Source: Candidatus Aminicenantes bacterium
Lineage (GTDB): Bacteria > Acidobacteriota > Aminicenantia > Aminicenantales > Saccharicenantaceae
DNA: 64,000 nucleotides
Direction of reading: 5' to 3'
Assembly (NCBI GenBank): GCA_963742235.1
Contig: CAVULT010000030.1
Span: forward strand, 149,655-213,654
The position numbers and the translations under genes are program-made. Positions 28,666 to 39,430 of the stretch are shown piece by piece. Within the stretch, counting starts at the first letter, position 1, and each line of letters begins with the position of its first letter. Below the pieces are notes generated by a model, which was given only the letters and a program-made list of their open reading frames with translations, searched no databases and had not been told where the DNA came from.

Positions 28666-31246
28666 CGGGCGTCTCTTCGTCGATCATCCGGACGGCCCGC
28701 CAACGGCCGTCTCCGTCGAAACGCAGGGTCTTGATCTCGAAAGGTGCGAAGGACAGTCCCCTTTCCTGAGCCGGGGACGCGTGCCGCGGATCCTCAGCTT
28801 CAGGATTATCCGAAGCGGGCTCGTTTCCTCGTGTTCGGGGCGCGGCCGGCTCGACTTTCAGCTCACACTTTGTTTTCTTCCCGACGGCCTCCTGCAGCCT
28901 AAGGATCAGCGCTCCACCATCCCAGGACCGCTTGCAGGCGAGCATTCGCACGCTGGACGGCTTGAGTGAGAGCAAGAGCTCCCGTGGCTGTGCCTGCCGC
29001 GCATCATAAGGCAGGTGAGCGTAGGCCGCCGGCGGAGCGGCAAGATGATCCGCCAGGCCCGGCATCAGCGCCTTGACCGAAGCTGGCGCGCCGGCCGCGA
29101 CGAGGAGCCGGAACTCATGAACGCCGATGTCGGCGAATTTCCATACGGGGGGACATGTACCTTTGGTACGTGTCCCCACTTTTGATGCCGCCGTATCGAG
29201 GTCGAATCCCCGCTCGTGGCAATAGGCGGAGCTCCGGAGAACGGACAGGCGGATCTCGCCGTCCTTGAAATCCAGGCCGTTCTGGCCGCTCGAGGCGACG
29301 CCGATCGCGGCGGGCTTGCCGGCCGATCGTCCCTCGACGACCAGCCACCGGCCGTGGACGTGCTCCTCCCCGTCCGCGGGCCGATGGATCGCTCCGCCCG
29401 GGACCTCGGCGAGGAGCGTGGGCGATGATAGGGACGTCGGCACGCTGAGCTTCAGCCGGCGCCGCTCCTCGTTCCAGGTGACGCGGAAACGGAACTCGAG
29501 GACGGGCCAGGATGGATAGGCCACGACGTCCGTGACGACGCGGCTTTTGCGGTACGAAAAGATCGACCGCGTCACCGTCCGGATGGGGCCGCTCTCGATG
29601 ACGAAGGGAGGGCACGACGGCTTGAAGCGGCCGACGATCTTGCGGTAGCCGCCGCGGCCCGTTCCCCACGAATCCGCCGTATCCTCGATGACAAGAGGTT
29701 CGAAGAGAGGCCCGGCGAGGCATTCCTTTTCCGTTCTGCCCGGCCCGGATTTCAGCAACCGGACGAGTCCGGTCGCGCGGTCAATTCGGTAGGGAACGGG
29801 GACATGTACCTTAGGTACGTGTCCCCGGCTTTCGGCTTCCCGGCTCTCGGCTTCGTTGGTTTTGCCGGAGGGGATTTCGAACGCTCTCAGGTAATATCTC
29901 GAAACGCCCACCCCCGGCAGGTCGTCGACGAACGAGATCCGCCGCCGCCAGCTATTGAACGGCAGGAGGGACTCGGGCTGTTCTTCCTGGCAGGCGACCT
30001 CGCGGCCGTCGGCCCGGAAGAGCCGCATGCGCCACGTCCCCGTCCAGAAGGGCCGATGGTCGGCCATGCATTCGAATTCGACGGGGACACGGCGGAGGGA
30101 GGCGTTGGCGCTGAAGACGGTGACGGGGAGCGAGGGGCTGTTGCGGCTGCCGCGGTTGAGGGAAGCGAGGGACCGCAGGGCGGCCGCGCGGCCGATGTCC
30201 TCGGCCCGGCCGTACTGACCGAGGGCATCGCGCTCGGCGGGCTCGATGCAGGTGCCGGTCAGAATGTCGTGGAAATCGTTGAACAGGTGCAGCTTCCAGG
30301 CCTCGGCCAGTTCGGGCTCCGGGCCCGTCTCCGGGGCGAGCCACCAGGACGCCGCCGACGCCGCCTCCGCTTGGACGAGGCTGCCGAGGCTTGTGACCGC
30401 GCGCCGTTTGAGACGGGAGAGCGAGGTATAGCAGCCGGTGAACGAGCGTTGGAGGTCGCCGTCATGGATGGGGGCGACGGCCGCCGCATCCTTGACCGCG
30501 TCATAGAACCGGTCGGGCGTGCTGTGGAGGATGCGGACGCGCGATTCGCGGGCGATGGAGGCGTCGATCGTCTCAAGGTCGCGGCGCGTCGCCCCGCCGC
30601 CATGGTTGCCGAGGCCCCAGAAGACGGGCACGTCGCGGCCGAGCTTCAGAGCGAGATCGACTCCGGCGCGAAGGCGGTCCTCGATGTTGTCGTGCTCGGT
30701 ATGGTAGAGACCGACGGCGATGCGGTAGGCCGGGATGGTCGTGCCGTCGATGCCGCGCCAGCGGTAGAGATCGGCCGGAAGCGCGAGCTCCCCGGCCTGG
30801 GGGCGCATGTGGACGTACATCTCGTAGCCGGCGAGGCGCAGGATCTGGGGCAGCCCGCCGCTGTGGCCGAAGGAATCGAAATTGTAGGCGACGCGGGGCG
30901 CGGCGTCGAAGCGGTCCCGGAAGTAGCGGCGGCCCTCGGCGATCGTCCGGATGAGCGATTCCGTTCCCGGCAGATTAGCGTCGGGCTGGATGAACCAGCC
31001 GCCCGAAATAGCCCAGCGCCCGGCCTTGACGAGGCGGCGGATGTCATCGAAGAGCGCCGGATCGAGCCGCTCGGCCCACTGGTAGAGGACGGCCTCGTTG
31101 TGGCAGAAGATGAGCGAGGGATGCTCATCGAGGATATCGACGGCGTTCCGGAAAGTCGCCAGGGCCTCCGACGCGCCCTCGTCCCAGCGCCACTGCCAGA
31201 CGGGATCGAGATGCGCGCCGCAGATCAGGTGCACCGAAATCGGCAT
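28658..31246 (-). CDS. Alpha-mannosidase (GH38)
   Basis: The N-terminus HLICGAHLDPVWQWRWDEG...CHNEAVLYQW...GGWFIQPDANLPGTESLIR...NFDSFGH is the GH38 catalytic-domain signature. The start abuts the SSF transporter stop with no gap. The ORF contains two copies of the 29-bp palindromic element. Confidence 0.9.
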   Translation of the reverse strand: MPISVHLICGAHLDPVWQWRWDEGASEALATFRNAVDILDEHPSLIFCHNEAVLYQWAERLDPALFDDIRRLVKAGRWAISGGWFIQPDANLPGTESLIRTIAEGRRYFRDRFDAAPRVAYNFDSFGHSGGLPQILRLAGYEMYVHMRPQAGELALPADLYRWRGIDGTTIPAYRIAVGLYHTEHDNIEDRLRAGVDLALKLGRDVPVFWGLGNHGGGATRRDLETIDASIARESRVRILHSTPDRFYDAVKDAAAVAPIHDGDLQRSFTGCYTSLSRLKRRAVTSLGSLVQAEAASAASWWLAPETGPEPELAEAWKLHLFNDFHDILTGTCIEPAERDALGQYGRAEDIGRAAALRSLASLNRGSRNSPSLPVTVFSANASLRRVPVEFECMADHRPFWTGTWRMRLFRADGREVACQEEQPESLLPFNSWRRRISFVDDLPGVGVSRYYLRAFEIPSGKTNEAESREAESRGHVPKVHVPVPYRIDRATGLVRLLKSGPGRTEKECLAGPLFEPLVIEDTADSWGTGRGGYRKIVGRFKPSCPPFVIESGPIRTVTRSIFSYRKSRVVTDVVAYPSWPVLEFRFRVTWNEERRRLKLSVPTSLSSPTLLAEVPGGAIHRPADGEEHVHGRWLVVEGRSAGKPAAIGVASSGQNGLDFKDGEIRLSVLRSSAYCHERGFDLDTAASKVGTRTKGTCPPVWKFADIGVHEFRLLVAAGAPASVKALMPGLADHLAAPPAAYAHLPYDARQAQPRELLLSLKPSSVRMLACKRSWDGGALILRLQEAVGKKTKCELKVEPAAPRTRGNEPASDNPEAEDPRHASPAQERGLSFAPFEIKTLRFDGDGRWRAVRMIDEETPAI
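29149..29177. repeat. 29-bp GGGGACA...TGTCCCC palindromic element inside the GH38 ORF
   Basis: GGGGACATGTACCTTTGGTACGTGTCCCC: 13-nt arms and a 3-nt loop. In the gene it is translated as GTRTKGTCP. Confidence 0.9.
29798..29826. repeat. 29-bp GGGGACA...TGTCCCC palindromic element inside the GH38 ORF
   Basis: GGGGACATGTACCTTAGGTACGTGTCCCC, differing from the 29149 copy at one base. It is translated in a different frame as GHVPKVHVP. Confidence 0.9.
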
Positions 31247-33004
31247 CTAGAGCTCATCTTTGCTGGGCAGGTTCTTGTACCAGGTGAAGTACAGGACGAC
31301 CGCGATCGCGGCCGCGCCGGCGGCCCAGATCCCCAGTTGCTTCCAGTTCCGCATGAACAGGTAGAAGGGCAGGATGGCCAGGGAGAACTGGAATCCCGCG
31401 GTGACGAAGCCGTTGAGCAGGTCGATCTTCGGCATCTTGTCCTTGGCCGGCACGAGCCCACGCCTGACGCACTCCCGCCGGACCGGTCCCCAGAACCCGA
31501 ACGGGCGGACCTTGGCATAGAACTTGACCAGGACCTCCATGTCCGCGGGTTTCGTCAGCGCCGCCACGACGAGGGTCGTCGCGAGGCTGAGCCCCACGTC
31601 GATGGCCAGCGAGGCCGACGCGTGCAGGCCCTTGACGAAGACGAGCCGGAGCGAGATCAGGACGGCCGAGACGCCCATGCTCCAGACGAAGGCCCTGGCC
31701 CCGAACCGCCAATAATGCCAGCGCAGGGTCGCCGGCACGAGGATGACCGTGACGACGACGAAGACCATCATCTCCCAGGCCGTGACGATGTTCGTGAACG
31801 AGAGCGAGAAGACGAACCCGATGAGGACGGCCGCGACCGAGGCGATCTGCCCCAGCCGGACGAGCTTCTTCTGGCTCAGGTCCTTGGCGATATAGCGTTT
31901 GACGAAATCGTTGATGACGACGGAGCTGGTGACGTTGATCATGGCGCTGATCGTCGACATCAGCGCCGCGAGCAGAACGGCCATGAACAGGCCGCGCAGC
32001 CCGACCGGCATCTTCAGCAGGACGAGGGGCATGATCTTCTCGGCGTCGAACCCGGCCTGGTTCCCCAGATAAAAGATCCCCAGGACCATGAAGGAGACGC
32101 CGAGGACCCAGCGCAGGTTGTAGCCGACCGTCCACATCCCGGCGGCCAGCTGGGCGTCGCGCGGCGACTTCGTCGTCAGGAAGAACTGGAAGTCCCAGAC
32201 GTTCGGCCCGGCCAGGAGGCGGAAGATCATCCAGAAGAACCCCGCCGCCATGAGCGGGCCGAACATCCCGAAATGCTGGTAGGCCGGCGGCGTCTCCGCC
32301 GCGAACCCCGACCAGAGATGCCACGTCGGCGCGAGCGAGAACCAGCCCGGGTCCTTGTGGATGAAGGTCATCGCGGCGGGCTTGGCGAAGACCATGACGC
32401 CCAGGATGACCGCCCCGACGCCGATGAGGAGCGTCTGGAAAATGTCCGTGAGGATGACGCCGAAGAACCCGCCCAGGGTCACGTAAATCCCCACGACGGC
32501 CAGGACGATGAGCGTCGCCTCCCAGCGGGGCAGGGGCAGGAACTCCTCGACGAACTTGCCCGTGCCGACGCTGATGAACATCAGGTTGCAGATCATCAGC
32601 ACGAGCAGGAAGATGGCCGCCGCGAGCCGGGCGGCCTCGGCGTCCTTCCCCGTGCCGAAGCGCGTCTCGTTCCACTCGGCGAAGGTCATGACCCCCGACC
32701 GGCGGATGTACTTGGCCTGAAAGGCCATGTAGAAGCAGATCATGAACCAGCCCCAGAAGATGTGCGTCGCCCACATCGACTTGAGCCCGACGTAGAAAAT
32801 GAGCCCGATCATGGACATCGTGCCGCCGATATCGATGTAGCTCGAGCAGCCCGAGAGACCGAGCATCCACCAGGGCACGTTGCGGTCGGCCAGGTAGAAG
32901 GAGTCGAGCTTTTTGGTCGCCCGCTTCCGGAGGACCACCCCGACCATGGCCACGGCGACGAGGTAGACGGCGATGATAACCAGATCGACGGGGTGGAGGT
33001 TCAT
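31247..33004 (-). CDS. Sodium:solute symporter (SSF) family transporter
   Basis: Multi-pass membrane protein. The N-terminus is MNLHPVDLVIIAVYLVAVAMVG...DSFYLADRNVPWW, typical of SSF. I prefer the start at 33004 over the ORF-track start at 33088, whose extra residues are basic and non-membrane. Confidence 0.8.
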   Translation of the reverse strand: MNLHPVDLVIIAVYLVAVAMVGVVLRKRATKKLDSFYLADRNVPWWMLGLSGCSSYIDIGGTMSMIGLIFYVGLKSMWATHIFWGWFMICFYMAFQAKYIRRSGVMTFAEWNETRFGTGKDAEAARLAAAIFLLVLMICNLMFISVGTGKFVEEFLPLPRWEATLIVLAVVGIYVTLGGFFGVILTDIFQTLLIGVGAVILGVMVFAKPAAMTFIHKDPGWFSLAPTWHLWSGFAAETPPAYQHFGMFGPLMAAGFFWMIFRLLAGPNVWDFQFFLTTKSPRDAQLAAGMWTVGYNLRWVLGVSFMVLGIFYLGNQAGFDAEKIMPLVLLKMPVGLRGLFMAVLLAALMSTISAMINVTSSVVINDFVKRYIAKDLSQKKLVRLGQIASVAAVLIGFVFSLSFTNIVTAWEMMVFVVVTVILVPATLRWHYWRFGARAFVWSMGVSAVLISLRLVFVKGLHASASLAIDVGLSLATTLVVAALTKPADMEVLVKFYAKVRPFGFWGPVRRECVRRGLVPAKDKMPKIDLLNGFVTAGFQFSLAILPFYLFMRNWKQLGIWAAGAAAIAVVLYFTWYKNLPSKDEL

Positions 33005-33069
33005 GCCCCTTCTATACCACCGCCCGCGAACGACCGTCAATTCCCCCTCTGTTTTTCTGCCGCGAATCG

Positions 33070-33078
33070 TGCTAAAAT
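33070..33078 (+). promoter_or_regulatory. Candidate extended -10 element (TGCTAAAAT) for ftsH
   Basis: GTGCTAAAAT ends 25 nt upstream of the ftsH ATG. A near-identical GTGCTACAAT sits upstream of the 57445 operon. The -35 is weak. Confidence 0.35.
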
Positions 33079-33102
33079 ATCTCTTCAAAAGGACGGAGAA
33101 TT

Positions 33103-34971
<1,869 letters not shown>

Positions 34972-34991
34972 GACAGGACCGGGCGAGGACC

Positions 34992-35897
34992 ATGAGAAGA
35001 GAGACGCGCACCCTGGAGATCAGGGGGCGGCGTTTCGCCCTCGGCCCGCGCACCTGGCTCATGGGCGTCGTCAACGTCACCCCCGATTCTTTTTCGGACG
35101 GCGGAGCGTACTTCGACGCCGCGAAGGCCGTCGACCGCGGCCTCGAGCTCGTCTCCGAAGGCGCGGACATCGTCGACGTCGGCGGGGAAAGCACGCGGCC
35201 CGGCTCCCGTCCCGTCCCCGAAGCCGAGGAGATCGGCCGGGTCGTCCCGGTCATCGGGCCTTTGCGCCGGAAGACGCAGGCGCTCATCTCCGTCGACACG
35301 ACCAAGGCCGCCGTGGCCCGGGCCGCCCTCGACGCGGGAGCCGACATCGTCAACGACACGAGCGCCTTCCGCTTCGACCCGGCCATGCCGGGGACGGTGG
35401 CCCGCTCGGGAGCCGGCGTCGTCCTGATGCACATGCAGGGAACGCCCCTGACGATGCAGCAATCCCCCCGCTACGAGGACCTCATCGGCGAGATCAGCGG
35501 CTTCCTGGCCGAACGGATCCGCGTCGCCGAGGCCGCCGGCATCCCCGGTGAGCGCATCGTCGTCGATCCCGGCATCGGCTTCGGCAAGTCGTTCGACCAC
35601 AATCTCGAGATCCTGCGCCGCCAGGGGTCCTTCCACGGGCTCGGCCGGCCTCTGCTTCTCGGCTTCTCGCGGAAGGCGTTCCTGGGGAGGATCCTCGGGC
35701 GGCCGCCTGACGAGAGGCTCGAGGGAACGATCGCCGCCGCGGTCCTGTCGGTCGAGCGCGGCGCCCACATCCTGAGGGTCCACGACGTCGGGCCGGTCGC
35801 CCGGGCCGTCCGCTCGGCCGAGGCGATCCTGGGATGCGGCGACGACGACGCGCGCGCCGCCGCGGGCGAGGAGGGGAAGGCCGGCCATGTTCGCTGA
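34992..35897 (+). CDS. folP: Dihydropteroate synthase
   Basis: The translation reads LMGVVNVTPDSFSDGG...DIVDVGGESTRPG...ISVDT...NDTS...DPGIGFGK...LRVHDV. Confidence 0.93.
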   Translation: MRRETRTLEIRGRRFALGPRTWLMGVVNVTPDSFSDGGAYFDAAKAVDRGLELVSEGADIVDVGGESTRPGSRPVPEAEEIGRVVPVIGPLRRKTQALISVDTTKAAVARAALDAGADIVNDTSAFRFDPAMPGTVARSGAGVVLMHMQGTPLTMQQSPRYEDLIGEISGFLAERIRVAEAAGIPGERIVVDPGIGFGKSFDHNLEILRRQGSFHGLGRPLLLGFSRKAFLGRILGRPPDERLEGTIAAAVLSVERGAHILRVHDVGPVARAVRSAEAILGCGDDDARAAAGEEGKAGHVR

Positions 35898-36660
35898 CGT
35901 CTGGACGATCGTCCGGGGGATCACCGTCCTCGACGTCCTCGACATCCTGCTCATCGCCTTCATGATCTATTACGTCCTCCTGCTCATCCGGGACACTAAA
36001 GCCTATCAGGCCGCGGTCGGGCTGGCGCTCATCGGCGCCCTCTACCTGCTGACGGTCTGGGGCCGGCTCAGCGTCTCCAACCGCATCATCCGCTCCTTCG
36101 TCAATTACCTGATCATCGCCGTCATCGTCTTGTTCCAGGCGGAGATCCGGAGGTTCCTGACCGAGATCGGCTCGCGGACCTTCCGCAAGCCCTTCGCCCT
36201 CCGCTCCTTCCAGGAGAAGATCGAGGACCTGTTCCAGGCCATCGACTTCCTGTCGCAGAAGAAAATCGGGGCCCTGATCGCCATCGAGAAGGAGATCTCC
36301 CTTTCGGGCTACGCCGATCGGGGGGCCGAGGTCGACGCGGTCCTGTCCAAGAATCTTCTCGTCTCGATCTTCTTCCCCCACTCGCCCCTCCACGACGGGG
36401 CGGTGATCATCAAGGGCGACAAGATCCTCGCGGCGGCCTGCCTGCTGCCGCTGCCGGCTTCCCATCGGCTGAAGAGCCCGTTCCAGACGCGGACCCGTCA
36501 CCTGGCCGCCATCGGCCTTTCGGAGGAGACCGACGCCGCGGTCATCGTCGTCTCCGAGGAGACCGGGACCGTATCGCTGGCCATCAAGGGCCAGCTCGAG
36601 CGCTTCGGCGACAAGGACGCCATGGAAAGACGGCTGCTCGGCTATCTGAGAGACACATGA
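35887..36660 (+). CDS. cdaA: Diadenylate cyclase CdaA
   Basis: Three N-terminal TM helices, then a DAC domain with motifs GALIAIE, HDGAVII, TRH and SEETG. It overlaps the folP stop. Confidence 0.92.
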   Translation: MFADVWTIVRGITVLDVLDILLIAFMIYYVLLLIRDTKAYQAAVGLALIGALYLLTVWGRLSVSNRIIRSFVNYLIIAVIVLFQAEIRRFLTEIGSRTFRKPFALRSFQEKIEDLFQAIDFLSQKKIGALIAIEKEISLSGYADRGAEVDAVLSKNLLVSIFFPHSPLHDGAVIIKGDKILAAACLLPLPASHRLKSPFQTRTRHLAAIGLSEETDAAVIVVSEETGTVSLAIKGQLERFGDKDAMERRLLGYLRDT

Positions 36661-37361
36661 GACGCACGCTGGCCCACTGGATCACCCGGGATTGGCAGCT
36701 GAAGCTCGTCTCGCTCGGCCTGGCCCTCGGGCTGTGGCTCCTGCTCGTCCCCTCCGAGAAGATGTCGTCCGAAAAATCCCTGAGCATCCCGCTCGAGACC
36801 CGCAACGTCCCCGCCGGATTGGAGATCGTCGAACGGCCGGTCCCGACGATCGACGTCACGGTCCGGGCGCCCAAGCGCCTGCTCGGCGAGATCGGACCGT
36901 CGAGCCTCGTGGCCAGCCTCGACCTCGACCGGGCCACCGTCCTCCAGCAGGAGTACGCTCTCAACGCGTCGATGATCGCCCTGCCGCCGGGCGCGGAAGT
37001 GGTCAAGATCTCGCCCTCCAAGGTGACGATCAAGCTGGAGAGGACGGCCGAGGCCCTGCTCGAGGTCCATGCGACGGTTCGCGGCAAGCCCGCGGCGGGC
37101 TTCCGCGTCGCCCGGACCGAGATCGAGCCGGCCCATGTCGCCATCCAGGGGCCGGAAAGCCGGATCAAGGCCAGCGACGCCGCGGTGACGGCCCCGGTCG
37201 ACGTCGCGGGCCTGGCCCAATCGACCATCTTCGACGCCGACATCATTCTCCCCCGGCCGGAGCTCCGCTTCGTCTCGCCTCAGACGAGCGCCCGGGTCAT
37301 GGTCATCATCGAGGCGGAAAAGACGGCGGCCGCGGCGCCGGCCAAAAGAAAGAAGTCCTGA
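36657..37361 (+). CDS. cdaR: YbbR-domain protein (CdaR-like regulator of CdaA)
   Basis: An N-terminal TM segment, then repeated beta-rich YbbR-like modules (ATVRGKPAAGFRVA...VAIQGPES). It occupies the canonical position between cdaA and glmM. Confidence 0.75.
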   Translation: MRRTLAHWITRDWQLKLVSLGLALGLWLLLVPSEKMSSEKSLSIPLETRNVPAGLEIVERPVPTIDVTVRAPKRLLGEIGPSSLVASLDLDRATVLQQEYALNASMIALPPGAEVVKISPSKVTIKLERTAEALLEVHATVRGKPAAGFRVARTEIEPAHVAIQGPESRIKASDAAVTAPVDVAGLAQSTIFDADIILPRPELRFVSPQTSARVMVIIEAEKTAAAAPAKRKKS

Positions 37362-37365
37362 CGCC

Positions 37366-38712
37366 ATGAAGAAGAAGCTCTTCGGGACCGACGGAGTCCG
37401 GGCGGTCGCCGGGCATTTTCCGCTCGACCCGCCGACGATCTCGCGGCTCGGCCAGGCCCTGGTCCGGCTGCTCGAATCGAAGGGGCAGGGGACGCGGCTG
37501 CTCATCGGCCGGGACACGAGGGAATCGGGTTCGTGGATGGAACGCGCGCTCGCCCGCGGCGTGCGCACGGCCGGCGGCGAGGCGGTGTCGGCCGGAGTCA
37601 TTCCGACCTCGGCCGTCTCGTACCTGACGAAGACCCACGGCTTCTCGGCCGGCGCGGTCATCTCGGCCTCCCATAATCCGTTCGAGGATAACGGCATCAA
37701 GGTCTTCTCCCCTCTCGGCGTGAAGATCCCGGACGAGTGGGAGCTCGAGATCGAGGCGGACGTCCTCGAAGGGCGGGGCCGGCTGCCCGGCCACGAGATG
37801 GAGGTCGAGGTCGACGGCGCCCTGGCCGGCGATTACTACGATTACCTGACCGGCCGCGTCCGGCCGGCCGCAGGCGCGGCGCGCCTCAAGGTCATCGTCG
37901 ACTGCGCCAATGGCGCGAGCTCCGTGCTGGCGCCGCGAGTCCTCGCTTCCCTCGGATTCGACGTCGAGGCGATCAATGCCTCGCCCGACGGGCGGAACAT
38001 CAACGCCGGCTGCGGCTCGCTCCATCCCGAGGGCCTGGCCGCTCGGGTCCGGGCGGCGGGCGCGGCCATCGGCATCGCCTACGACGGGGACGCCGATCGC
38101 GCCCTCTGGGTGGACGCGGACGGACGCCTCCTCAGCGGCGACCACACGCTCTTCGTCCAGGCCCTGCACATGAAGGAGACGCGCCGGCTGCGGACGAACG
38201 AGGTCGTGGCGACGAGCATGAGCAACATGGGCCTCGAACGGGCCTTCGAGGAGCGCGGCATCGGCCTCGTCCGGGCCAAGGTCGGCGACAAGTATGTCCA
38301 CGAGGAGATGGTCGCCCGGGGGGCCAACCTCGGCGGCGAGCAGTCCGGCCACACGATCTTCCTCGACGACCTGCCGACGGGCGACGGCCTCCTGACGTCG
38401 CTGCGGATGCTCGAGGTCATGGTCGAGCGGGGCGCGACGCTGGCCTCCCTCGTCCAGGGGATGACCGAGTTCCCCCAGACGCTCGTCAACGTCCGGGTCC
38501 GGAGGAAGCCCGACTTCTCGGAGCTCGGGGAGGTCATGGCCGCGGTCGATGTCGTCCGCAGCCACGTCGGCCGGGACGGCCGCATCGACCTGCGCTATTC
38601 GGGGACGGAGCCGCTGGCCCGGATCATGGTCGAGGCCCGCGACCGGGCCACCGTCGATTCCTGCGCGACACTGGTCGCCGAAGCCGTCCGCCGGCGCATC
38701 GGGGAGAAATGA
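37366..38712 (+). CDS. glmM: Phosphoglucosamine mutase
   Basis: The translation reads FGTDGVRA...ISASHNPFEDNGIK...YDGDADR...GGEQSGH. Confidence 0.95.
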   Translation: MKKKLFGTDGVRAVAGHFPLDPPTISRLGQALVRLLESKGQGTRLLIGRDTRESGSWMERALARGVRTAGGEAVSAGVIPTSAVSYLTKTHGFSAGAVISASHNPFEDNGIKVFSPLGVKIPDEWELEIEADVLEGRGRLPGHEMEVEVDGALAGDYYDYLTGRVRPAAGAARLKVIVDCANGASSVLAPRVLASLGFDVEAINASPDGRNINAGCGSLHPEGLAARVRAAGAAIGIAYDGDADRALWVDADGRLLSGDHTLFVQALHMKETRRLRTNEVVATSMSNMGLERAFEERGIGLVRAKVGDKYVHEEMVARGANLGGEQSGHTIFLDDLPTGDGLLTSLRMLEVMVERGATLASLVQGMTEFPQTLVNVRVRRKPDFSELGEVMAAVDVVRSHVGRDGRIDLRYSGTEPLARIMVEARDRATVDSCATLVAEAVRRRIGEK

Positions 38713-38713
38713 C

Positions 38714-39430
38714 ATGAGACTGGCCGTCAACATCGACCATTTCGCGACGCTGCGGGAGGCCCGCAAGTCCACCGAGCCCGAGCCCGTGCTCGCGGCCCTG
38801 CTCGCGGAGCAGGCCGGCGCCCACGGCATCGTCTGCCATATCCGCGGCGACCGGCGGCACATCAAGGAGCGGGACCTGCGGCTGCTGAGGGACGCCCTCA
38901 AGACCAAGCTCAACGTGGAGATGGCCGCGACGGACGAGATGAAGAGAATCGCGCTCGAGATCCGGCCCGACGTCGTCTCGCTCGTGCCCGAGCGGCCCGA
39001 GGAGCTGACGACGGAAGGGGGACTGAAGGTCGCGGCGAACCGGAAGGCCCTGGCTCCCCACGTCAGGGCGCTGGGGAAGGCGGGCATCCGGACGAGCATC
39101 TTCATCGACACGAATCTCGAGGAGATCAAGGCGGCGCGGGAGATCGGCGTCGACCTCATCGAGATCAATACCGGTCCCTACGCCGACCTCAAGGAAGGCG
39201 CGGCGCGGGAGAAGGCTCTCGAGGCCGTCCGGAAGGCGGCCGCATTCGGTCACAAGATCGGACTCGAGGTCCACGGCGGCCATGGCCTCGACTACAGGAA
39301 CGTCGGTCCGATCGTGGCCATTCCCGAGATCGCCGAGCTCAGCATCGGCTTTGCCATCGTCGCCCGGGCGGCCGTCGTCGGCATCGAGCGGGCGGTCCTG
39401 GACATGCTCGCGCTCCTTCATGGGAATCAT
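38714..39430 (+). CDS. pdxJ: Pyridoxine 5'-phosphate synthase; the 3' end is approximate because no in-frame stop exists
   Basis: The translation reads MRLAVNIDHFATLREAR...VCHIRGDRRHI...VEMA...SLVPE...EINTGPYA...VHGGHGL...SIGFAIVARA. Homology ends near 39418, but the frame stays open to 40915 (ORF 38549-40915). See findings. Confidence 0.8.

Noticed and set aside
37306-39168. 620-aa ORF antisense to glmM/pdxJ, with similar shadows at 7642-9057, 50168-51832, 52762-54471, 55931-57448, 22417-24000 and 10055-11002
   Set aside because: Each overlaps a gene with strong motif support on the other strand and shows shadow-ORF composition. None has an RBS-like context that I could see.
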